The notes beneath the pieces are model-generated. The model made no database searches. It was given only the letters and a program-made list of their open reading frames with translations, and was not told the origin of the DNA. Source: Bispira polyomma (taxonomy: Eukaryota). From it: a stretch of 64,000 nt of DNA. The translations under genes were made by a program, and so were the position numbers. Of the stretch, positions 42,032-51,759 are shown piece after piece. How positions within the stretch are numbered: the first letter of the stretch is position 1; the number at the start of each line of letters is the position of its first letter. Where the stretch lies: assembly GCA_965649765.1 (NCBI GenBank), contig OZ287749.1:94240001-94304000 (forward strand). The letters run 5' to 3'.

Positions 42032-42361
42032 TATGGTGAAACCGGGGTTTGGCTTTTAGTACGAACCCCAACCGCAGAACCTCAAAGTGATATAAAAGGT
42101 CAACGGCAGTCTGGAATCGTGGTAGTTATCTTGAGAAGTTCAAACTAAAAGGAGCGCCATATTGGAAAAGCTTTATATTCGCAGCCTTTGCTGTTGGAAA
42201 TCAACAGTTGAGGCATTCTACAAATACAAGAGACTACACAGTTAGTTGACTGTGTATATAACAATGATTAGTGCCAGCTCTGTGAAGTGTTAACAGCACA
42301 AGCTTCAGGGCTGGAGCAATAACATAACAGCAGCTAGGTTAGTGCACAAGAGTTTACTTTA
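42032..42361 (+). repeat. 5' LTR
   Basis: TATGGTGAAACC...GAGTTTACTTTA, matches 49667-49996; TATAAAA at 42091-42097. Confidence 0.95.
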
Positions 42362-42362
42362 T

Positions 42363-42381
42363 TGGTACCAGAAGTGGGGTT
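42363..42381 (+). promoter_or_regulatory. Primer binding site, complementary to the tRNA-Leu(TAA) 3' end
   Basis: TGGTACCAGAAGTGGGGTT, 1 nt after the 5' LTR. It is the reverse complement of ...AACCCCACTTCTGGTA-CCA, as recalled for metazoan tRNA-Leu(UAA). Confidence 0.8.
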
Positions 42382-42390
42382 AAAGCCAAT

Positions 42391-45300
42391 TTGCCAGTGG
42401 ATTCTGAGATGATTATTGTGTCAAGTGGAGACAACAAGGGAGCTTTGCTACCAAATCTTCTAGTGAAATCTGCTGAATTTATTCCAGTGCAGCTAATAAA
42501 TGACACCGAGGAGCCAATTGTTCTACGTGGAGGTCATGTGTTGGGATATGCAGTAGAATGTGAACATGTGTTGAATGAGATAGAAGATAACATTTGGGTG
42601 AGGACACAGTGTCAGCAACAGCTTCCAGAGCATCTACAGGGTCTGTTCGAGAGATCTGTGAAAAAAACTGACTACTGATGAAGCTGAAAAAGTTAGGACA
42701 TTGCTGATTAATTATCAGGACATATTTTCCAAAGGAAGCCATGATTTGGGATGCTTTACTGAGATCAGACACACAATGGATACTGGAGAGGAAAGGCCTG
42801 TGAAGCAGTCCATGAGAAGAATGCCTTTAGGTTTTGAAAACGAAGAGGAGGAAAACCTTAAGCTGATGTTAGACATTGGTGTTATAACAGAGTCATCATC
42901 AGACTGGGCATCTGCTCCAGTACTAGTGAGAAAGAAGGATGGAACAGTTAGATATTGTGTGGATTTTAGAGCGCTCAACTCAAAAACAGTAAAAGATTTG
43001 TTTCCGTGACCTTCGATTTCTCAGTGTATAGACCAACTAGCAGGAAATATGTATTTTTCGACTCTCGACATGGCTAGCGGCTATTGGCAAATTGAAATAG
43101 ATGAAAAGGACAGGCATAGAACTGCATTTATCACTAAATTCGGTTTGTTCGAACATAGGCGGATGGCCTTTGGACTTTGCAACGCGCCGGCTACTTTTCA
43201 GCGTGTAATACAGTTTGTCATGCGTGGCTTGACATGGGATAAAATACTGGCCTACATTGATGATGTGATTATTTTAGGGAAAAACTTTGAGGATCACCTC
43301 GATAACCTCCATCTGACCTTCGAAAGGTTCCGAAAATACAACCTGAAACTAAAACCCAAAAAGTGCAGCTTGTATCATTCTGAAACATTATTTCTGTGAA
43401 AAGTTGTGAGTCCTGAGGGAGTATCAGTGAATCCTGAGAATATACAGAAAGTGCAATGTTGGCCAATACCAAAATCAGTTAAAGATGTGGAGAAATTCCT
43501 AGTTTTTCTGAACTACCACAGAGAACACATAAGAGATTATACAAAGCTCACATCAAAACTCTATCTATTGACTGGGCTACTTTTTATTGGGGGGAGGAAG
43601 AGCAGGAGACATTTGAAACATTAAAAGAAAAATTAGTGACTGCCCCCATTCTTGTATATCCGAATGCAGATGACGTTTTTGTGTTGGATACGGATGCTTC
43701 CAATCACTCCATCGGAGCGGTACTATCACAGGTACAAAATGAACAAGAAAAAGTCATTTGCTACGGAAGTTTTGTGCTTACCCCAGAACAAAGGAAGTAT
43801 TGTGTGACAAGAAAAGAACTATTGGCTGTGGTACGATTCACAAGACAGTTTAGACATTATCTGTTAGGACGGAAATTTCTACTAAGAACCGATCACAACA
43901 GTTTAACGTGGCTTCTACGGTTCAAATACATCGAGGGACAGTTAGCACGCTGGCTTGAGGAGCTGAGTCAGTTTGATATGACCGTTCTTCACCGTCCTGG
44001 TACAAAGCATGGGAATGCAGATGGATTATCCCGGATTCCGGATGATTATACATTTTGTGATTGCTACAAGGCTGGGCTAGATCCGTCACTGTTGCCATGT
44101 AAAGGTTGTAAATATTGCACCAGAGCCCATAATCAGTGGTCAAGGTTCAGTGAAGAAGTGGATGATGTGATCCCATTAGCTATGAGAACTATTAGTGTAG
44201 AAAAGCCTATGGAGCCGTCGAATACTTGGATCACCGGTTATACGTATGAGCAGTTACAGGATGCGCAAATATCCGACCCATGTTTGCAGAAATTAATAAG
44301 TTGGATCTCTAATGGCCTGGAGCCGGAACAAAAGGATTTATCCCTATGTAGTCCGGATGTAAAGTACTTTTACTGAAACAAGCACATTTAGTGTATAACA
44401 ATGGACTATTGTATTATCTGTGGAAAGATGAAGTAAGTGATTGGCCATTGCTTATGATTCCAACTAGTTTAAAAGAAAAGGTTATGTCACTTAACCATGA
44501 TATGCCTTTAACTGGTCATATGGGGATCACAAAGACAACAGCTCGCATAAGGAAATCGTATTTGTGGTACGGAATGACTGGAGATGTCGAGTTATTTGTG
44601 AAATCTTGCGGGGTTTGTAACAGAAACAAAAAGGCCAGTGTGAAGCCGAAAGCGCCATTGGGACAGTACCATGCTGGTTCACCTCTAGAACGGGTTCACA
44701 TTGACATTCTTGGACCATTTACACCAAGCGCTAGAGGTAATCAATATGTACTGGTAATTATGCACCAGTTTACCAAATGGTTGGAATGTTTTCCGCTGCC
44801 GCATCAAAGTGCTGAAGAAGTTTCCAGATGTGTAGTCGACGGATTCATTTCAAGATTCGGTTGCCCTTTAGACATACATACCGACCAGGGTAGAAACTTT
44901 GAAGGGAAGTTATTTGCGTCTGTGTGTGAACTGTTACAAGTTGCTAAAACCCGTACAACGCCCTATAGACCATGTTCAAATGAGAACGATACAATAGAAC
45001 AATCCTACAGTTAATTAGATGTTTTTTGAGTAGCAATCAACAAACGTGGGATGAGCATCTTCAACAGTTAGCTGGGGCTATTCGTTCTACAATAAACAGA
45101 AATATCGGTTTCACTCCTAATTTAATGATGCTGGGCAGGGAAGTTATGCTACCAGTAGATTTAATGATGGGAACAATTGACAATCGGTATGATAGTGCAG
45201 CAGAATATGTGGTTAAGCTAAAAAACATTTTAAAACAGGTGCATACATTGGGTAGGGAGACTTTGTTATCCTCACAAATGCGTCAGAAAAGGGACTATGA

Positions 45301-45841
45301 CTTACGACTTAAAGTGCACACCTACGAAGTTGGAGACCTGGTATACAAATTGGACTCGACAAAGAAGGTAGGTCAAAGTCCTAAGTTACAACGGATCTGG
45401 AAGGGTCCTCTGCTGGTGGTTAAAGTTATTTCTCCAATACTCTTTAAAGTGGCAGAGAAAAAGAAAACCTATGTCTTACATCATGATAGGTTAAAGCCCT
45501 GCAGGGACAGAGAGGTACCACTTTGGTTAAGGAGAAAAAGAAATAATTTGTTACAGAATTTAGCAGAGACTCAAGATGATTCTGATCCAGAATCTATTGG
45601 CCTGAACATTCTATTTGATGAGACCAATGTAATCGAAAGTAGTAATGAAGTTATTAACAGTGATACCATTGTAGATAATAACCAGGCTGAGATTCCAGAT
45701 AATGTAATTAATGTAGAAGATCCCTTATCCAATACGCATGAGGACCTAGTTAGTGATGCATGTATTTCAGGCCGATTACCACCTAGTAGTAGAGGACGAA
45801 AGCGGAAGCAGCCTGGTCATCTAGCAGATTACCTTACTTAA
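42391..45841 (+). pseudogene. pol: Gypsy pol (RT, RNase H, integrase) with at least 6 disruptions
   Basis: RT: WASAPVLVRKKDG, YCVDFRALN, FSTLDMASGYWQI, MAFGLCNAPATFQR, YIDD. RNase H: LDTDAS, RKELLA, RTDH, NADGLSR. Integrase: H..H..CGVC, VHIDILG, HTDQG, GPY-like WKGP. In-frame TGA at 43007 and 43397; frame changes near 42670, 43580, 44370 and 44980. Confidence 0.95.
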
Positions 45842-45960
45842 GAATCTGTTATGTAGCTTGTATGGTTCGGTTCAGGTGAAGGTTTAGTGTAAGTTACTAA
45901 AATGCTCTTGTAATCTAACTGTTTATTCATGTGGTGTTGTTTTGAAATGCCTTATTGCAG

Positions 45961-47031
45961 ATGCCGCGGGGAGAGTCTCCCTATGTAAGGGGTCGCCAGC
46001 GAGGGGGCTCCGGCCGGAGAGGTGTAGGTGGAAGAGGATGAGGTCAGAGCCGCGGACACGACGTCTCTGGTGGTTACAGGAGTGGAGGGTATCGCCCTTG
46101 GTACCGTCCGTATGGTAGGGGTTCACGCCCAGGTAGTGTCAACCCCCAGGTAAGAGGTAGAGGGCGAGGGAATCAGCCTGAACCAAGGGGGCCGCGGGCA
46201 GGTCATGACGTTCCCCAGGTAAGCCATGAGAGTGTGGGTCTCTGTCATGAGGAAGATGGGAGAGCACCTAGGCAGGTAAGCCATGCAAGTGTGGGTCTCC
46301 GTCATGAGGAAGATGAGAGAGCACCTAGGCAAGCAGGACAGGTAAGAGGGCAGGCTGGTTCAAACGTTCAGACAGGGCGGAAACAACAGCATAGTGAAAG
46401 GTCCTCTAACACTGGTCCTGGTAGTAGGTATGGTGGTAGGGGTCATTCCGGGAACCATGGGCAACCAAGTCGCACCAACTGGACCCATTGGAACAAAAAC
46501 ACAGGTGCTTCAAGGGCACCTGAAACCATACCTGTTGAAGTATCCTTAACATCGCCACAGTCGACCAGTAGGGAAGAAGATGAGGCAGTAATAAGTATGC
46601 TGACCCAGATATTTAGCCTGGTAAGACTAGAAGTGATTAAAACCAGAGTATTTCATCCTTCAAACAGGGTAGAACCCTTTAACCAGGCACTGCTGATGGA
46701 ACGATGTTTGAGAGACATTAGGATCCAAATGGGCAATCAAGCAGCCCCACCTTCATCTGCTTTGGGGACACCAACACCAAAGTACCAGGAACTCCCAAGT
46801 ACGTCGGCTACCCAGAGTAGGCAAATGCAACCAGCACCGGGACATACCTCAGGAGCTAGTGTGCAAACTAAAGCTGAGGGCAAAAGCAATGTGTCGCCAG
46901 GCAATGTCTATGGAGCGGCACAAGAGGATTCCGAGTTTCAAGCTGTGAAAAGGAAGTCCTATGCTCAGCAAGATAAGAAGGTATTCCCTACAACAAAGCC
47001 GCAAGATAAAACAATACAAAATGCGGGCTGA
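45961..47031 (+). pseudogene. N-terminal part of the accessory ORF (RG/RGG-rich, disordered), one in-frame TGA at 46039
   Basis: Acceptor-like TTGTTTTGAAATGCCTTATTGCAG immediately precedes ATG 45961. Reads MPRGESPYVRGRQRGGSGRRGVGGRG*GQSRG...RGRGRG in the same frame as ORF 46234-47031. Confidence 0.65.
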
Positions 47032-49213
47032 GGGAAAGTGGCAAGTCGTTGGGTCAAGGAAGAGGAATTTTAAACCTAAACCAGGGCCAAGCGAGCCTAA
47101 AAAGTCTAAACCCGAAGTTAGAAAAGGTGTGGGGAAGGATACAAGGCGAAGTGGCGAGTCGGATGTTGTCACAAACCGAGTTCAGCCTGTCAAGAGAAAG
47201 GGTCCCCCTTACGAAGAAACGCCTGATGGTCCCTCTTTCAAAAAGAAGAAAAGACCTGCATGTTTTATGAAGGGTTGTGGAAAACCTCAGGCGCACATGA
47301 GGAAACACGTCATAGGGAAGCACCTACCTGAGGGTTTTAATACCGCGAGGGAAATGACGGATGATAAAAGAATGGCATCGTTGGAAGGTTTCGTGATAAC
47401 CATTCAGAACCTGTTGGGATGTAGCAATTATGAGGAACTGCTTCAAAAAGTTCAAATGCAGAAGTTGTATCCAGATCCTAGTCGAGTGCACCTCGAGACA
47501 TCAGAGGACGACTATCGTCTAATGGATCATTTTCAACTCTGGCTGTCAGGAAGTCATTTAAAGTGCACTCCCAATCCTAGTCCACCAAATTGTATAGCCT
47601 CGCTTGTGCATTGGAGGGTTGCAGCCTGCATGATAAACCATGTAGGGGAAGACAAGGCACAGGCCAAAACTTCGAAAACTCCAAGTATTGAAGTCCGTAT
47701 TGGAGACGTGTCAGGTGCGACGGCTAAGACAGAAGATCCTTTGGAGGCAACTGTTGTAAAGAAGGTGGTAGAGCCAACCTCTCCAAGTAAAAGAAAGGTG
47801 GGACTAACTCGCAAGACAAAATCCATCCTGTCTAGAGTCCTAACACAATCTGTAGCAGAGGCTATAAAGCAAGCACGGCAAGGAGAACCAGGACCAAGTG
47901 CGTCAGCTGAGGCTGAGTCTAAGCTGATGGATACTGATGCACTAGTTGGTGAACTAAACGTGGCATTGGGTTTAACTGACAGCGAAACAGATGCAGAAGC
48001 AAAAGAAGCAAACTCTGCAGTAACCCAGATGGAGGTGACAGAAAAACCTGAGGCTGGGCCTAGTGACAGTGAAGCTGGGGCGTCCAAGTACAAGAAAGGT
48101 GAATCGTCCTTTGCAATGACTGCCACGGAGGTGTCAAGGCGGTATAAGGCTGGAGAATTAACACAGTCTCAGTTCTCCCAGATTATCTTCGTGAATGAGA
48201 AGGAGTCAGCATGGGAAGAAGCAAAGCCATCTTACAGTGAGATATTACAGAAGCCTTCAGCTGTGAAAGTAAAGCCACAACCTCAGATGAAAGACGTTGG
48301 GAAACCCTGTTCAGAGTTTAGTTGGGAGAAAAGGAGATCAACTTTGGGAACCTGTCCGGAGTCACGAAAGATACCATTTGTTGACTCACATATGCACATG
48401 GACAAGCTTAAGGAAATGACACGCATGACCAAATTGGACGACTTACTACGGGTGGGTCCTATGCCTGAAGTGCCTGTACGCTTGGAAGCTGCAGTAGCAA
48501 ACTTTTGTTTTGAAATACTAAGTCGTGAGGAGATCCTCGTGTTTAAGAGGGACAATCGGCTATCCTTTACCTATGGCGTGCACCCAAAGCTAGCAAGGTC
48601 TATTTCACCAAAAAAGCTGGAGATTGTAAAGTCTTCCATTGAAAAGGATCCTCGATGTGTCGGGATTGGTGAAATAGGAATGGAGTTTACCCATGGTTTT
48701 TCCAGGTGGCGTGAACATCAAGTCAAGTTGTTGCGAGAACTCCTTAATTTTTATGTCAAAAAACAGTGGTCAAAGGTGATAGTGATCCATTGTCGAGATT
48801 TCAGTAACTCGCAGGACGCCAGTGATTTGTGTTTGGCTGGAATGACAGATATAATTAAAGAAAAGGACAAAAAGCAAAAAGTGCATAGGCATTGTTATAA
48901 CGGGGGAATGAAGGAGATGAAAAAATGGCAGGAAAATTTTCCTGGGATACTGTTCGGATTCACCAGGTTATTACTGCGTGCATCACGACACCCTGAAGTA
49001 GATCAGGTAGTACAGGAACTGCCTTTGAAAAAGATACTCCTGGAAACAGATTCCCCGTATCTGCTAGCCCCAGAACATTATAGCTGCACCTACAACACTT
49101 GCTACGGGGTGGAGGTTATAGCAAGAAGGGTAGCGGAGTTAAAGCAGAGTACAGTGGAGGAGGTTCTCAGGGTTACTTCTGAGAATGCCAAAAAGCTGTA
49201 CTCGCTGAGGTAA
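47021..49213 (+). CDS. Retrotransposon-borne protein: NLS, C2H2-like Zn finger, low-complexity linker, C-terminal TatD-family nuclease (48377-49213)
   Basis: Uninterrupted 730-codon frame. FVDSHMH, YGVHP, VGIGEIG, VIVIHCR, VHRHCY, ILLETDSPYL and ARRVAELK...TSENAKKLY match the TatD pattern. CFMKGC-x9-H-x4-HLP at 47261-47329. Confidence 0.9.
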   Translation: MRAEGKWQVVGSRKRNFKPKPGPSEPKKSKPEVRKGVGKDTRRSGESDVVTNRVQPVKRKGPPYEETPDGPSFKKKKRPACFMKGCGKPQAHMRKHVIGKHLPEGFNTAREMTDDKRMASLEGFVITIQNLLGCSNYEELLQKVQMQKLYPDPSRVHLETSEDDYRLMDHFQLWLSGSHLKCTPNPSPPNCIASLVHWRVAACMINHVGEDKAQAKTSKTPSIEVRIGDVSGATAKTEDPLEATVVKKVVEPTSPSKRKVGLTRKTKSILSRVLTQSVAEAIKQARQGEPGPSASAEAESKLMDTDALVGELNVALGLTDSETDAEAKEANSAVTQMEVTEKPEAGPSDSEAGASKYKKGESSFAMTATEVSRRYKAGELTQSQFSQIIFVNEKESAWEEAKPSYSEILQKPSAVKVKPQPQMKDVGKPCSEFSWEKRRSTLGTCPESRKIPFVDSHMHMDKLKEMTRMTKLDDLLRVGPMPEVPVRLEAAVANFCFEILSREEILVFKRDNRLSFTYGVHPKLARSISPKKLEIVKSSIEKDPRCVGIGEIGMEFTHGFSRWREHQVKLLRELLNFYVKKQWSKVIVIHCRDFSNSQDASDLCLAGMTDIIKEKDKKQKVHRHCYNGGMKEMKKWQENFPGILFGFTRLLLRASRHPEVDQVVQELPLKKILLETDSPYLLAPEHYSCTYNTCYGVEVIARRVAELKQSTVEEVLRVTSENAKKLYSLR

Positions 49214-49654
49214 AGAGGCTATCTGTAGGGGGTAGGAAGTGGCACCGACGTAACAAGTACGGTACTGCGTTCTGGGCAACCAGGGTGATTAGCGATTACC
49301 TAGATAAAATCAGGGGGTATATTTGGTAAGGGTGGAGAATGTGTAACTTGCAGCCTAGAATATAGTGGATGAAGGTATGTAACCACCCAAGTAAAATCTA
49401 TGGACAACTATGGACAATTGTAAAGTATGAGCAGCTATTTTTATTTTTAAAAAAAGTAATCACCCTGGTAAAGATTATAACATCTATGGTCAGTATAAAG
49501 TAAAAAGTAAATTTAGATGAAGTTTATATCATCTATGAACATTGTAATAAAAGTAAATTTAGGTGGTTGCAATAACGTAAATATATGAACTTTAAAAGTA
49601 GTATTTCCAAGCAAAATAATGTAGAGTCCAGGAGCTGTCGAGGTGGCCTATCAT

Positions 49655-49666
49655 GAGGGGGAGAAG
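49655..49666 (+). promoter_or_regulatory. Polypurine tract
   Basis: GAGGGGGAGAAG directly abutting the TG of the 3' LTR. Confidence 0.9.
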
Positions 49667-49996
49667 TGTGGTGAAACCAGGGTTTGGCTTTTAGTACGAA
49701 CCCCAACCGCAGAGCCTCGAAGTGATATAAAAGGTCAAGGGCAGTCTGGAATCGTGGTAGTTATCTTGAGAAGTTCAAACTAAAAGGAGCGCCATATTGG
49801 AAAAGCTTTATATTCACAGCCTTTGCTGTTGGAAATCAACAGTTGAGACATTCTACAAATGCAAGAGACTACACAGTTAGTTGACTGTGTATATAACAGT
49901 GATTAGTGCCAGCTCTGTGAAGTGTTAACAGCACAAACTTCAGGGCTGGAGCAATAACATAACAGCGGCCAAGTTAGTGAACAAGAGTTTACTTTA
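49667..49996 (+). repeat. 3' LTR
   Basis: TGTGGTGAAACC...GAGTTTACTTTA, followed by the ATAT TSD. Confidence 0.95.
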
Positions 49997-51388
49997 ATAT
50001 TAATCTAATAAATTAAAATATTAATATTAAAATAAAGTTAACAGCTCGAACAGCAAAAATATAAGCAAGTAAGCATAAATAACAGAATGCATAACTTTTT
50101 TATCCCTCCTAGCTACCCTAACTTTAAAAATAATTAAAGGGTGGTCACCCGAAAAAAGGGTACCCATCTATGTCAAAGTGTGTCGACATTTAGTAGTCAT
50201 ATACTTTTGCTGTCTCAGGAAAAAAAGAAAAAGATTTGTAGATTATTGTGGGTTTATGCATAAGCTAATTGATATGTTTAAAGTACTGTGTATATTATGT
50301 TAATGTTTTGAAATGGTAAAATTTAACAACTAACACCTCCGTTTAAGTTTACTGTTTTGATAGAAGAATGGCGATAATACAAGATTTGTCGAAGTTGCAA
50401 ATGTGTTGTTGTGCCACTGTTCCAACGAGTTTTCTGTCATCGGCAGTGCCTTGAATTTGTAATGTACGCACAAGGGACAGACAATCTAGTGACATTACAG
50501 CCTATGACTGGTGACTAGGTCTGCATCCCCCCCCCCCCCCCCCGCCCCCACTTCTCTACAGAATGACTAACATGATATATTAAACCTAACAATATGCTGA
50601 ATACACCTTCACCAAAATATGGCACAAATTCACTATATGCACATGACAGCCCTACCATACTATATACAAATTATGGACCCATTTACAACGATTGAACTTA
50701 CTGCTTTGCAATAAACCAAAATATCTTTGCCAAATTGTAACTGCTACTTTAGGCATTATGGGCATAATGCCTCGTTAAAAACAAGTGATATTTTTACAAC
50801 TTTATGTTGTGTTTAGAAAATTGACAAAAAACCACCAATTTGCAAAGCAATGCCGTTACACCATCAAGTAAATAAGGCTAAACCACCAAGGTGCTAAACC
50901 TCATGTCTTCAGTAAAGTGGTGCAATGATGAAATCATTTTAATGGGCGTTTGATGACAAGACATATTGTAGTTTAATTAAATTACTACTTGATACTTAAG
51001 CCATGATCGGGTCTGTATGTTTCACGGCAATATTCGTTGACATCTTATTTAACCTCTCACAAACTCAGATACCTAAAAAGTTAAAGTAGAAAATTGGCTA
51101 TTAAGTTTAAATCTTTTAACCAGAAGTGCCCAAGTTTAAATATTTTTTTGTTCACATAATTATTCTGTTTTGTGTGTGTAGTGTATCATACCCTGCTTTA
51201 GTTGTAATCCAGCTTGCAAGAATCATAGCTTGGGAGTGTTAGTTGTATAGAGTTCACTTTTGATCTTTAACCCATTATTTAGGGTCACAGGAATACTGGG
51301 CCTTGTGGGTAACACACTCGCTTAGGATTGCAGAGTACCTGGGTTCAATCCCAGTTTGGGGCTCCTAGGTACGATGCATAGTGGTCTG

Positions 51389-51480
51389 GGACGGTATTCA
51401 CTAAAGGTCTTAACTTAGTCTTAACTTTAAGATTTTAGTCCTAACTAAGTTAAGACGAAGATCTTTAGTGAATACCGCCC
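51389..51480. mobile_element. 92-bp hairpin MITE with CTG TSD, inserted in a tRNA-headed SINE (~51297-51590)
   Basis: CTG|GGGACGGTATTCACTAAAG...CTTTAGTGAATACCGCCC|CTG; tRNA-like head with GGTTCAATCCC upstream. Confidence 0.7.
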
Positions 51481-51759
51481 CTGGTATTGGGCTCTAACCG
51501 AAGTAGGGAGGTTAATCAATGTTAAATGCTCATCCTCAGGCCTCTTGCTTCAGTTGCAAGAAGTGGTTGGAATATAAGTTTTATAAACTAGTAGACACAA
51601 ATTCAATTTAAAACAATTAGAAAAATATTGTGGGACAGGAAATGGGTATATACAATTGAACACTTGTGATGTAAAGTTTTAAATTTGTATTAATATCTCC
51701 ATTTTTACAAGGTTTCCATATTGTCTTTCAGCAGATTCAGCTACAATAACAAAAACAAA

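Larger units (their letters stand above)
42032..49996 (+). mobile_element. Ty3/Gypsy LTR retrotransposon: gag-protease deleted, pol decayed, extra TatD-nuclease ORF
   Basis: Two 330-bp LTRs (14 mismatches by manual count), ATAT TSD (42028-42031 and 49997-50000), PBS, PPT and RT-RNaseH-integrase domain order. Confidence 0.95.

Noticed and set aside
47554-48126. 190-aa antisense ORF inside the retrotransposon
   Set aside because: Shadow frame of the low-complexity linker of the sense ORF, with no recognisable motifs.
46234-49213. env gene
   Set aside because: No signal peptide, fusion-peptide layout or transmembrane helix; the C-terminus is TatD.
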